DNA of 64,000 nucleotides from an uncultured delta proteobacterium (GTDB lineage Bacteria > Desulfobacterota > Binatia > UBA9968): contig CAVTUQ010000034.1 of assembly GCA_963737905.1 (NCBI GenBank), positions 1 through 64,000 of the forward strand, read 5' to 3'. Shown here piece after piece: positions 20,621 to 30,184 of the stretch. The notes under the pieces are model-generated. The model was not told the origin of the DNA and did not search any database. It saw only the letters and a program-made list of their open reading frames with translations. Every line of letters begins with the position of its first letter. The stretch's first letter is position 1. The translations under genes were made by a program, and so were the position numbers.

Positions 20621-21619
20621 TCATCGCATCGTCTCACTCACCTTTTGGGCGAAACTAAAATCAAAAACCCTCTCCGGCGGCAACGGCTGCGCCCCTTTGA
20701 CACGCTGGGCAGCGACCGTGATCATCTCGCGCTGGAGTTTTTCATCTACGGCGCCTGATGGCAGATAGTACTGCAATGCCGCATCGTAAATCGGCTCGGC
20801 GAAACGGTCGCGGTCCTTGCCCAAATCGAGGTAGGGTCCCCTGATAAACCCAAGGGCATATTTCTTATCGTTACGAATCAAGCGCAAAGATCGTTGAGCC
20901 ACTCGGATCATTTTAGTCACGAGTTCGGGCCGTTCGGAAATTGTCGTCTTGGTTGTGGTCAGGCCGCCTTGCACCGCCCGGTAAACATCCGCTCCGGAAG
21001 CCAGCTTTCGAAACCCTTCGTCCACTGCCAGAAAGTTTTGCGGGATCTGGAGCATGGTGGCATCGATAGTTCCGGCCTTCAAAGCCAGATAAGTCACATC
21101 GCTCGTGCCGAGAGGGAGAAAAGTAACTTGATCCGCGGGAACCTTGTTGGCGATCAAGATCTGCCGCGCGAGGATCTCTGCCAACGCCCCGTATGCGGTA
21201 ACACCGAGCCTTTTGCCGCGTAGTTGTTGTACGCTGGTGATGCTCGGGATGGCGATCAGATCGAAGGACGGTTTATCGGTCAATGCGAACACGACCCGAA
21301 CATCGACGCCGCTTACCGCGGCGGCAACGGCGGTTCCGGTCGCTGTGCCGAAATCAATCCCTCCGGCCAACATGGCCGGGACGGTTTGGGCCGCTTTGAT
21401 GAAGATGAGTTCAGGCTCCAGACCCTCTTCGCGGAAGAGCCCTCTGTCGCGAGCGATGATGTAAGGCATGTCCAATATGCTGCGCGAGACATAACCGATG
21501 CGCACCGTCGCGAGTTTGCCGGCTTTTTCGGCAGCCCAGACGAATTGACTCGTCGCCGCCGCCACCAGCAGGACGAGAAGCAATAGTTCGCCGAGTCTCA
21601 TTTTTCTGCTCATGTCCAT
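20621..21619 (-). CDS. NMT1/THI5-like substrate-binding protein
   Basis: RGLFREEGLE, LRGKRLGV, AGTIDAT. Confidence 0.85.
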   Translation of the reverse strand: MDMSRKMRLGELLLLVLLVAAATSQFVWAAEKAGKLATVRIGYVSRSILDMPYIIARDRGLFREEGLEPELIFIKAAQTVPAMLAGGIDFGTATGTAVAAAVSGVDVRVVFALTDKPSFDLIAIPSITSVQQLRGKRLGVTAYGALAEILARQILIANKVPADQVTFLPLGTSDVTYLALKAGTIDATMLQIPQNFLAVDEGFRKLASGADVYRAVQGGLTTTKTTISERPELVTKMIRVAQRSLRLIRNDKKYALGFIRGPYLDLGKDRDRFAEPIYDAALQYYLPSGAVDEKLQREMITVAAQRVKGAQPLPPERVFDFSFAQKVSETMR

Positions 21620-21706
21620 TACTCCATGTTAGTTTCTGGATCGTTGGTCTCTTTGCGCTCGAAACTCGGAACCTGAAACCCGAAACCGCGATGCGGCATC
21701 GCTCGC

Positions 21707-22375
21707 TCACACGTATGCATCGTAGATGCCCTCGAACTTGGCCAACTTGAAACGAACCATGTTTTTTGCGGCGGCGCGAACCAGCGCTTTATCGCGATCG
21801 GTGTTAGCGTTGCGCGCGATGGAGTCCGCCGCCATGGCGGTGTGCTCTTGGTCCACCTTGCCGTGGACGATGAAAAAGGTTCGCGCCCGGTTGTCCAGCC
21901 CGTAGTGTTTTTCCAACGCCGTGTCGAACTCCTCTGAGTAGCGGCAGACCATCGTTTCATTCACCAGGGCGCCCGCGCGGGTTTCAGCCTGAGTGCCGAG
22001 AAACATGCCGCGGATAATCGCCGCCGTGTGCGCCACGCATTCGTAAATCATAATTTCATTGTTGAAGTCTTCCTCCTTCAAGCCCATGGCTAGCCCAAAT
22101 CGCTTCATCAAATCCGGATGGGAAGACTCTTCAACGAACAGCTCCACGAATTGGTTGTAGACCGGCGGGTTGCTGGCGTTCTTTACCATACAGAAAGCCA
22201 GCCCCTTGTTAATGGCGTGGTTGGAAAGATAATGCTGCAGCGCGAAGCCTTGGAGTTTTCTCTTTGAAAGCTTGCCGGCGCGCAATTCCGTGAAATACCG
22301 GCTGTTCATCAGCTGCTCCACGCCCGGGTGAATAATCTCGCGAAGAACCGAATCGACAAAAGCTTGATTTTCCAT
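21707..22375 (-). CDS. TenA/PqqC/CADD-like heme-oxygenase-like di-metal protein
   Basis: EESSH and HGKVDQEH (H-x3-D-x2-H) ligand motifs. Confidence 0.75.
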   Translation of the reverse strand: MENQAFVDSVLREIIHPGVEQLMNSRYFTELRAGKLSKRKLQGFALQHYLSNHAINKGLAFCMVKNASNPPVYNQFVELFVEESSHPDLMKRFGLAMGLKEEDFNNEIMIYECVAHTAAIIRGMFLGTQAETRAGALVNETMVCRYSEEFDTALEKHYGLDNRARTFFIVHGKVDQEHTAMAADSIARNANTDRDKALVRAAAKNMVRFKLAKFEGIYDAYV

Positions 22376-22472
22376 GTTAGCCCTCCCCATAGATCTGCGA
22401 TAAGAGGCAGCCGAACATTCTCAAAGGCAGCGACAGGTGTCAAGGGAAGCGTACTTTCAAGTTCAGTTGGGC

Positions 22473-22541
22473 AAGATCTCTCTCTTCGTTCGAGATGACA
22501 ATCCTCCATTACCTGTCATTTCGAGCGGAGCGAGAAATCTT
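22473..22541. repeat. Inverted REP pair (GTCATTTCGAGCG.AGCGAGAAATCT class)
   Basis: agatctctctcttcgttcgagatgaca ... tgtcatttcgagcggagcgagaaatct. Confidence 0.65.
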
Positions 22542-22703
22542 TCTCCCTTTCGAGAGCCGAGTTAACTTCTAACTGAGCCACCACCGTATTTTCCTGCGAT
22601 CAGTGTGATTGCCAGTCCATCACGATTTGACAGTACAAATGCGTCGGTGTTAGAAGCCCCCATGGTTCGGCTTGCTCCGTAGATTATCTGAGCGAGATTC
22701 ATC

Positions 22704-23708
22704 ATGGACAAACTCCGCCCATCCGCGAAACTGTCGTTTGCGACGCTTGCCGTCTTCCTTGCCATCCTGCACTTCGTCCAGCAGAGCGAAGCCCAACCCA
22801 AGAAGATCAGGGTGGCGATTCCCGGTTACACGATTGCAGTCTTGTCTTTCCTCGCGGCCAAGACGAATGGCTATTACGCGGCCGAAGGATTAGACGTGGA
22901 GCTCGTTGCGATGCGAGCGCCCACGGCTAATGTGGCGGTTCTAAGCGGCAGCGTCGAATTTTCTGCGGTGCCTTTGGCGGGTTTGACGACGGCTCTTCGC
23001 GGAGCCCCGTTGAAAGTTTTGTTCTCTCAAAATGACAGGCCTCAGCACGTGCTGTTCGCAAAAGCAGATCTGCAAAATCTCAAAGCGCTCCGCGGAAAAA
23101 AAATCGCTGTCGTTGGCCCGGGTGCCATTGACGACGTCCTATTGCGGGAAGTTTTTAGCGCCAACGGCATGGATGGCGGAAAGGATGCGACGATCCTAGC
23201 CATCGGAACTTCGGAGACCCGATTCGCGGCGCTGGCCAGCGGCACGGTGGACGCGGCTGTTCTTATTGCGCCGTTCACTTTTAATGCGAAGGAGGCTGGG
23301 TTTAAAGAACTAATAACTTTCAAAGACGAAGGCTTCGTATTGCCCAGCGGCGGCATCGTGACGCGAGACGATCTTCTCAAGGCGGAACCGTCGACAGTGG
23401 AAAAATTCGTCCGCACAACCTTGATGGGTTTTATTTTGACCCGAGACAATCGTCCGGCCGCGATTAAGGTCCTTTCACGGAACTTGAAGATTGAGGAGCA
23501 GACAGCGGCAAGAGTTTATGACTCCGCCAGACCGACCATGACCGCTGATGGAGCGTTGTCCGAGGAAGCGCAGAAAAAGGTGGTGTCGTTTGTGATGAAG
23601 CAAGCCGGAGCGAAGGAAGCCCCGCCCTATGACAAGCTTTTCGACTTTTCGATCATCAGAAAAGCTAACGCGACGCTTCAATCACGCGGCTGGCATCCCG
23701 GTTCGTGA
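22704..23708 (+). CDS. NMT1/THI5-like substrate-binding protein
   Basis: GYYAAEGLDVE, LRGKKIAV, SGTVDAA. Confidence 0.85.
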   Translation: MDKLRPSAKLSFATLAVFLAILHFVQQSEAQPKKIRVAIPGYTIAVLSFLAAKTNGYYAAEGLDVELVAMRAPTANVAVLSGSVEFSAVPLAGLTTALRGAPLKVLFSQNDRPQHVLFAKADLQNLKALRGKKIAVVGPGAIDDVLLREVFSANGMDGGKDATILAIGTSETRFAALASGTVDAAVLIAPFTFNAKEAGFKELITFKDEGFVLPSGGIVTRDDLLKAEPSTVEKFVRTTLMGFILTRDNRPAAIKVLSRNLKIEEQTAARVYDSARPTMTADGALSEEAQKKVVSFVMKQAGAKEAPPYDKLFDFSIIRKANATLQSRGWHPGS

Positions 23709-23728
23709 ATGATACGATTGGCTTCAAT

Positions 23729-24568
23729 ATGCCGAGAGCAAATCTAGGCGACGTTGAAATTTACTACGAAGAGCAGGGCAAAGGCGAACCGATTTTGCTC
23801 GCGCCTGCGTCTTGGTGGCCGTCGGACGCGTGGAACGTTGTCGTTGTGCCGTTTCTCTTGAAGCGCTTTAAAACCATCATCTTTGATTGCCGCGGTACCG
23901 GCCGGAGCAGCAAGCCGGAGGACGGATACACAGTCGCTCAATTCGCAGACGATTGCATCGGGTTACTCGGACATCTTGGTATTTCCCGTTGCCATGCCGT
24001 GGGTTTTGCTCTCGGCGGGCAGATCGTCCAAGCGATGGCCGTCGAGCGGCCGGATCTGGTGGCAACGCTCACCATCGCCGCTTCAGGGTCGGGAGCCAGA
24101 ACGCTTAGCGGCGGTGCGAGGAAAGTGTCACCCGATACCGAACGCGAAATTCGCGACATGGGTTTTGAGCATTACATTCGCGCTTACGTGGAAAACGATA
24201 CCATGGCATTCAATCCGGAATTTTATCGCGAACATGAGGACGTGGTGACGGCGCTGTCGAATGCCGTCTGGTCGGGACAAGGCACGGCGGAGTTTTTTCG
24301 GCTCCACGAGGACGCGCGCCTTACCTGGGACACTCTAGGAAAGGCTGCCGAGGTAAGAGTCCCTGCTTTGATTCTTTGCGGCGCCGACGATGATGTGAGC
24401 CGGCGCGGTAGCACGCCGGTGGGAACCGCGAGGCGTCTGGCCGAAGTAACCCCAGGTTGCGAACTCTTTTTGATTCCGCATACCAAACATATGACTTTCT
24501 GGGACGGTGACGGGGCGCTTCTCGCGTTGCAGGATTTCTTAACGCGCCATCCGATTCATCCGAGTTAA
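23729..24568 (+). CDS. Alpha/beta hydrolase-fold protein lacking the nucleophile Ser
   Basis: IYYEEQGKGEP, DCRGTGRS, HAVGFALGG, GADD, KHM. Confidence 0.8.
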   Translation: MPRANLGDVEIYYEEQGKGEPILLAPASWWPSDAWNVVVVPFLLKRFKTIIFDCRGTGRSSKPEDGYTVAQFADDCIGLLGHLGISRCHAVGFALGGQIVQAMAVERPDLVATLTIAASGSGARTLSGGARKVSPDTEREIRDMGFEHYIRAYVENDTMAFNPEFYREHEDVVTALSNAVWSGQGTAEFFRLHEDARLTWDTLGKAAEVRVPALILCGADDDVSRRGSTPVGTARRLAEVTPGCELFLIPHTKHMTFWDGDGALLALQDFLTRHPIHPS

Positions 24569-24784
24569 TGCCCGAGAACCTTGGACGTTGAACCTTTTCT
24601 TCACGTTACGATTGCACTTGGCGGCTGCGCGACCTGTTCTGAAGATCGACAATCGCCTTGGGACCGCAACTTCTTTATTACAGGCCGCGCCTTGACAGGG
24701 AAGGCAGCGAGTGATGTTGTAATTTTGCAGCACGTTTTACAGGCGACCGAGATCAACATTCACTAAATCACAAGGAGGGGGATT

Positions 24785-25177
24785 ATGGCGAAACTTCGGC
24801 ATCTAGGTATTCGCACGGAAGACACGGGAAAGTTAGCGTCGTTTTATATGGACGTCTTTGATATGAAGGTGATCCACAAGAGTAAAGAGGAAGGAGGAAC
24901 CATTTTCCTCACTGACGGTTATTTTAATCTGGCCATCATCCCCAATAAAGATCAAAACGCGACCAATGGACTGTACCACTTCGGCTTCGAGGTCGAAAAC
25001 GGCGAGGCCATTGTTGAGAAGATGAAGAAGATTAATCCCAATAAATTGCCAAAACCGCGCCCCAACGGAAGGCCCTATGCGGAGACACGCGGGTCGGATC
25101 CGGATGGCAACTATTTCGACATCTCCGAGCATGGTTTTCTCGATGTGCAACCGGTTGGCGAGAAAAAGCCGAGCTAA
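24785..25177 (+). CDS. VOC/glyoxalase family protein
   Basis: LRHLGI, GLYHFGFEV, DPDGNYFD. Confidence 0.85.
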   Translation: MAKLRHLGIRTEDTGKLASFYMDVFDMKVIHKSKEEGGTIFLTDGYFNLAIIPNKDQNATNGLYHFGFEVENGEAIVEKMKKINPNKLPKPRPNGRPYAETRGSDPDGNYFDISEHGFLDVQPVGEKKPS

Positions 25178-25180
25178 ACA

Positions 25181-26221
25181 ATGGCGATGAAAAGTTACGC
25201 AGTCAGAAACTCCATTCCGGTGATCCGGGTCGAAGTCTCAATTGTTCTCGCCGTTATATTCGCTCTTGTGCTGCCAGTGCGGTTACCCGCGCAGACGCGG
25301 ACCAACCTAGCCGGCAGCGTTACCAGCGAAAGCATGACCGTCCTCTGGGTGGCGCAGGACCGGGGTTTATTCAAGAAGCACGGTCTGGATATGCAATATA
25401 TCCTCATGCCGCGTAATCCTTTAGCCGTCGCTGCTTTGCTGGCCGGGGAAATCGATGCCGCCATCGTCGGCCCGGGCCACGTGGTTAACGCCGCAAGCAG
25501 CGGAGCGGATATCATTGGCATCGCCAACTTAGCGCAGAAGCTTGACTATCGGCTGACCGCCAGACCAGAGATCAAAAACAAGGAAGACTTGCGCGGCAAG
25601 CGCATCGCCATTAGCGGTCCCGGCTCCACGTCGCATCTGGTGACGATGTTAGGTCTTCAGGGTCTCAACGTCGACGCTACGCAGGCTAAAATTACCCTCT
25701 TAACGATTCCGGGAACAGAAATGAACCGGCGCTTGGCGCTTGAAACCGGTGGAGTGGATGCGACGGCGCTGAGAGGCGCCGTTGGGGATCTCTACGGCAA
25801 TAAGGGCTACACCGTACTTTACAACTTCAAAACCACGGGCGTGACCTTACCTCAGAGCATGCTGGTAACGACGCGGCGCATCGCGGCAGCTAAACCCCAG
25901 GTGATCGAAGCGTATTTGAAAACGATGATCGAAGCGCTTGCGGTTACGTTCGATCCGGCCAACAAGGAACTTGTTACCCGGCTCTTGGTAGCGCACCTGC
26001 GCTTAAGTCCCGCAGATGCGGAAGAATCATACCACGCTGTGATTAATGCCTATGAGAGGGTGCCGCGTACCAATCTTGAGGGTATGAGGCGGTTGCAAAA
26101 ACTCTTGAAGCAAATCAACCCCAAAATGGGCGACGTTCGGGTGGAAAACGTCATCGATGATTCCTTCATGAATAAGCTCGAAAGCTCCGGTTATATTCAG
26201 AGCCTTTACAAGAAGAATTAA
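25181..26221 (+). CDS. NMT1/THI5-like substrate-binding protein
   Basis: RGLFKKHGLD, DLRGKRIAI, GGVDAT. Confidence 0.85.
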   Translation: MAMKSYAVRNSIPVIRVEVSIVLAVIFALVLPVRLPAQTRTNLAGSVTSESMTVLWVAQDRGLFKKHGLDMQYILMPRNPLAVAALLAGEIDAAIVGPGHVVNAASSGADIIGIANLAQKLDYRLTARPEIKNKEDLRGKRIAISGPGSTSHLVTMLGLQGLNVDATQAKITLLTIPGTEMNRRLALETGGVDATALRGAVGDLYGNKGYTVLYNFKTTGVTLPQSMLVTTRRIAAAKPQVIEAYLKTMIEALAVTFDPANKELVTRLLVAHLRLSPADAEESYHAVINAYERVPRTNLEGMRRLQKLLKQINPKMGDVRVENVIDDSFMNKLESSGYIQSLYKKN

Positions 26222-26397
26222 CTTCGCCGGGCTTCGACCTCTTTTTAGACCTGTCACCAATTTTTTCCCATCCAGTCGCGGCGAGCGGTCAAATATTCGC
26301 TTGTGAACAAAGCCATCTCGCGTTAAAAGCGAAGGACCGGTAACCGGGGGCATGGGCATAATTTCGGTGCCGAGATGGAACCATCGCGAGGTGTGAA

Positions 26398-27252
26398 ATG
26401 CCAAACGCGGATTTGGGCGATTTAAAAATTTACTATGAAACCCAGGGCGAGGGCGATGCCGTGCTGCTCGTGCCGCCTTCTTGGTGGCCCAGCGACACTT
26501 GGAATGTTGGTGTCGTAGCGGTGCTCGCGAAAAAATATCACACGATCATCTTCGATTGTCGCGGTACCGGCCGGAGCAGCAAACCCAACGACGGTTATAC
26601 GGTGAGCCAGTTTGGCAAGGATTGCGCGAGGCTTTTGGAAAATCTGAAAGTTTCTCGGTGTCACGCGGTGGGCTTCGCGTTGGGCGGGCAAATCGTGCAA
26701 GCCCTTGCGATTGAACGCCCCGATCTCGTGGCGACTTTGACGATGGCGGCCGCGGGTCCCGGATCTAAGAGGCTTGATGGCGGCCCGCGGGATCTGTCGC
26801 CGGAAGCGACGCATGAAATTCGCGAGATGGGATTTGAGCGCTTCATCAAGGCCCATATAGACAACGACGGCATGGCGTTCAACCCGGCTTTTTATCGCGA
26901 GCACCGCGTCTTGGCTACGGCTCTCGCCGATGCCCTTTGGTCTGGGCAATGCACCGTGGAGCAGTTTCGCTACCACGAACAGGCGCGCCTCACTTGGGAT
27001 GCTTTGGCAAAAGCGCCAGAGGTCAAAGTTCCGGCACTCATCCTCTGCGGCGCAGACGACAACGTGAACCGGCGGGGAAGCACGCCGGTGGGCACGGCGC
27101 GGCGCTTGGGCGAACTGGTCCCTGGCGCGGAGCTGGCACTGGTTCCGGGCGTCAGACATATGACTTTCTGGGACGGCGACGGCGCGCTCAAAGCATTGCA
27201 GGATTTTCTAGCGCGCCATCCTATACGCGGAGCTAATGTTCGAGAACATTGA
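26398..27252 (+). CDS. Alpha/beta hydrolase-fold protein lacking the nucleophile Ser (paralog of 23729)
   Basis: Same SWWPSD, HAVGFALGG, RRGSTPVGTARRL and HMTFWDGDG motifs. Confidence 0.8.
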   Translation: MPNADLGDLKIYYETQGEGDAVLLVPPSWWPSDTWNVGVVAVLAKKYHTIIFDCRGTGRSSKPNDGYTVSQFGKDCARLLENLKVSRCHAVGFALGGQIVQALAIERPDLVATLTMAAAGPGSKRLDGGPRDLSPEATHEIREMGFERFIKAHIDNDGMAFNPAFYREHRVLATALADALWSGQCTVEQFRYHEQARLTWDALAKAPEVKVPALILCGADDNVNRRGSTPVGTARRLGELVPGAELALVPGVRHMTFWDGDGALKALQDFLARHPIRGANVREH

Positions 27253-27289
27253 CCTTAACATTGAACCGAACGATAAGAGAGGATCGGCA

Positions 27290-28369
27290 ATGATGAAAAT
27301 CAGCAAACGGATGACAGAAATCATCAGTATCACAGTAGCCCTAATAATTGGGTCGGGGTTCTTCGTGAACGCCAGTTACGCACAGGAAAAAGGCAAGAGC
27401 GGGAGCAATGACGCTGTCGCACAACTCTACGCCGCCGCAAAGAAAGAAGGTACCGTCATCATATGGGGCCCGACGGATGCGATCATCTATCAAAAAATGC
27501 AAGCAGTCCTGGACAGACAGTATCCGGGAATAAAGATCGAGCATTTCGAAAGCATACCGGAACCGCTGGTCCAAAGAATCATCGCTGAAAGCCAGGCCGG
27601 CAAGCCGGCGAGCGTTGACATTATTCAATCCGGCTCGCTGCGCGCGGTTCGGCCATTGATTGATCGGGACATGCTGGCAGTATACGCGGGATGGGAAAAG
27701 GATTTTGGCCTGGATGCGGTCTATGCTGGTGGCCGGTTTGTTGGAGCCTATAATCTCACTTTGCCTATTTCCTACAATTCAAAAATGGTCAACGCAAAAG
27801 ACGCCCCGAAGAGCTGGGAGGAATTACTTGACCCGAAATGGAAGGGAAGAAAATTGATCATCGAAGCTCGATTGGTGCCGTTTGCGATGCTCGGCACAGA
27901 ATGGGGCAAACCTAAAGTAACCGAAATAGTGAAGAGACTATTGACCCAGGAGCCCATTATTGTCCAGGGCGGGACGACCGTTGCCAATGCGCTTGCCGGC
28001 GGGCAGGTTTCCGTCGCCATAGGGACTTACGCCTACACGATCGAGAGATTGAAAAAAACAGGGGCGACGGTTGACTGGGTACCGGTGGCTCCTCTTCCGG
28101 TACTCACCTCGGCTGTCGGTGTTCTTAAGACCGCTCCGCACCCGAACGCCGCGCGCTTTTTTGCCGGTTGGATGGGGACGACGGAAGGGCAGAAGGTAAG
28201 ATACGAGACTTCGGGTCAAGCCAATGAGGTAGGCAGAAACTCGATCGGCGCCGTCGCGGATAGAATTAAAGCGGCTCATCCGGCGATCATTCTCGAAACG
28301 GAAAAAAATTTCACGGCGATCTTGGAAATTCAACGTGAGCTCGGCAAATTACTTGGCGCCCTGCGCTAA
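27290..28369 (+). CDS. ABC extracellular solute-binding protein (AfuA/FbpA-like)
   Basis: AAKKEG, PKSWEELLDPKWKG, APHPNAA. Confidence 0.8.
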   Translation: MMKISKRMTEIISITVALIIGSGFFVNASYAQEKGKSGSNDAVAQLYAAAKKEGTVIIWGPTDAIIYQKMQAVLDRQYPGIKIEHFESIPEPLVQRIIAESQAGKPASVDIIQSGSLRAVRPLIDRDMLAVYAGWEKDFGLDAVYAGGRFVGAYNLTLPISYNSKMVNAKDAPKSWEELLDPKWKGRKLIIEARLVPFAMLGTEWGKPKVTEIVKRLLTQEPIIVQGGTTVANALAGGQVSVAIGTYAYTIERLKKTGATVDWVPVAPLPVLTSAVGVLKTAPHPNAARFFAGWMGTTEGQKVRYETSGQANEVGRNSIGAVADRIKAAHPAIILETEKNFTAILEIQRELGKLLGALR

Positions 28370-28386
28370 GAAAAAAACGTGGGCAC

Positions 28387-30171
28387 GTGATCGTGTTTCG
28401 TAACGCTCTTGTTTCGAGAACCCGAGTCCTGCCTTCGCCTTTCATTTTGAGGGCCGGTCTTTCCGGCCGATCATGGGCCTTCGGCTTCACACTCCTTATC
28501 GTTTCTTATCTGGTCATCGTTCCCCTGATCACACTGCTTTACGCGAGCATCAAGAGCACCGAGGATAGATTGCCCTTCGAAACCACCGCGACGACGCTAG
28601 CCAATTATGCTTTGGTTTTTAGTAGTCCAGCGACCTTGCCGCTGCTTTTGAACACATTTTTGTTTGCGGCCGGCTCTCTCGCCATCGGGCTCCCCCTGGC
28701 GATCATTTTTGCATGGCTGCTCGAACGGACCGAGGTCCCCGGGCGGACCTGGATCGCGAGTCTCATCCTGGTTCCGATGACGATCCCCTCGTTGCTGTCG
28801 GCGATCGCCTGGATTCAACTGTTGGATCCGCGCATCGGATTGGTCAATGTGGTCCTGCGCGGCGCGCTGGGGATGAATGCAGACATGGGACCCTTGGATA
28901 TCTATTCACTCGGCGGCATGTGCTTTGTCCAGGGACTGCGACTCGTGCCGTCTGCTTATTTGATGATCGCCGCCTCGTTTCGTGCGATGGATCCTTCTCT
29001 GGAAGAGCAGAGTGCTATGGCCGGGCGCAATGTCGCGCAAACGACCTTGAGAGTGACGTTGCCCATTGTTCGCCCCGCGCTGCTTGCGGCGCTGATTTAT
29101 TTCATCATCGTGGTCATCGAGTCTTTCGACATCCCTGGACTGCTAGGTTTTACCGCACGCATTCGAGTGCTCAGCACCGCCATCTATTGGGCGACTCATT
29201 CGGAAGTCGGGCTGCCGGACTACGGTCTTGCCTCCGCATTAGGAACTATCATATTGGTGCTGGCGCTATTCTTGATGTGGATTTATCACCGGCTGACGGC
29301 GCATCAAGAAAGATTCGCCACCATAACGGGCAAAGGCTATCGGCCAAGGCAAATCAACCTGGGCAGGTGGACTGTGCCAGCGCTATTACTCTGCGTGATC
29401 TACATCTTCGTAGCTGTGCTTTTGCCGTTCGTGATGCTGCTCTGGACCAGCGTGCAACCATTTTATGCTCCTCCGTCTATCGATTCATTGGGCCGCGCCA
29501 CGTTTGACGGCTATCTAAATATTTGGCGCGACAGCAGCGTCGTTCGCGCCGTCTGGAATACCACCATTCTTGCCGTGGTTACAGCGGTCGCGACCATTGC
29601 CTTGTCGGTTCTGGTGAGTTGGTTTGTCGTGCGGCGTAGACGTGAATCGGGCGCGCTCGCAGGCTATCTCGCCACGGTTTCGTTTCTGCCCCAAGGTGTC
29701 CCCAGTATCGTCATCGGCCTGGCGCTTATCTTTGTCTACGTTCGTTTTCCTATTCCCATTTATGGCACGCTCTGGATCATTGTTCTGGCCATGACGACTC
29801 GATACCTCGCCTTTAGCTCGCGCACCACAACTTCGGCGCTGATCCAAGTACACGGAGAGCTGGAGGAAGCTTCTCAAATGTCGGGTGCGCCGTGGCTTCG
29901 CACCTTGCGCAGGATAACGGTGCCGCTGTTGGCACCGGCTATGATCAATGTCTTTTTCTGGGTTGCGGTGCACGCCATGCAGGAACTCTCTATGGCTCTG
30001 ATGCTATACAATCCAAGTACCGTCGTGGTTTCGACGATGATTTGGAGCATGTGGCAAAACGGCAGGACGGCGGATGCTGCTGTCTTGGGAGTGATGTTAA
30101 CGTTGCTGTCTGCTTTGTTACTTTTGGGCGGGCAGGTCTTTTCTTACCTCAGAAGAAATTCTTACCAATAA
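28387..30171 (+). CDS. ABC permease with two membrane domains (FbpB-like)
   Basis: DPSLEEQS and ELEEASQMSGA EAA loops; TITGKG linker. Confidence 0.85.
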   Translation: MIVFRNALVSRTRVLPSPFILRAGLSGRSWAFGFTLLIVSYLVIVPLITLLYASIKSTEDRLPFETTATTLANYALVFSSPATLPLLLNTFLFAAGSLAIGLPLAIIFAWLLERTEVPGRTWIASLILVPMTIPSLLSAIAWIQLLDPRIGLVNVVLRGALGMNADMGPLDIYSLGGMCFVQGLRLVPSAYLMIAASFRAMDPSLEEQSAMAGRNVAQTTLRVTLPIVRPALLAALIYFIIVVIESFDIPGLLGFTARIRVLSTAIYWATHSEVGLPDYGLASALGTIILVLALFLMWIYHRLTAHQERFATITGKGYRPRQINLGRWTVPALLLCVIYIFVAVLLPFVMLLWTSVQPFYAPPSIDSLGRATFDGYLNIWRDSSVVRAVWNTTILAVVTAVATIALSVLVSWFVVRRRRESGALAGYLATVSFLPQGVPSIVIGLALIFVYVRFPIPIYGTLWIIVLAMTTRYLAFSSRTTTSALIQVHGELEEASQMSGAPWLRTLRRITVPLLAPAMINVFFWVAVHAMQELSMALMLYNPSTVVVSTMIWSMWQNGRTADAAVLGVMLTLLSALLLLGGQVFSYLRRNSYQ

Positions 30172-30184
30172 GAGGTCCGCGACC

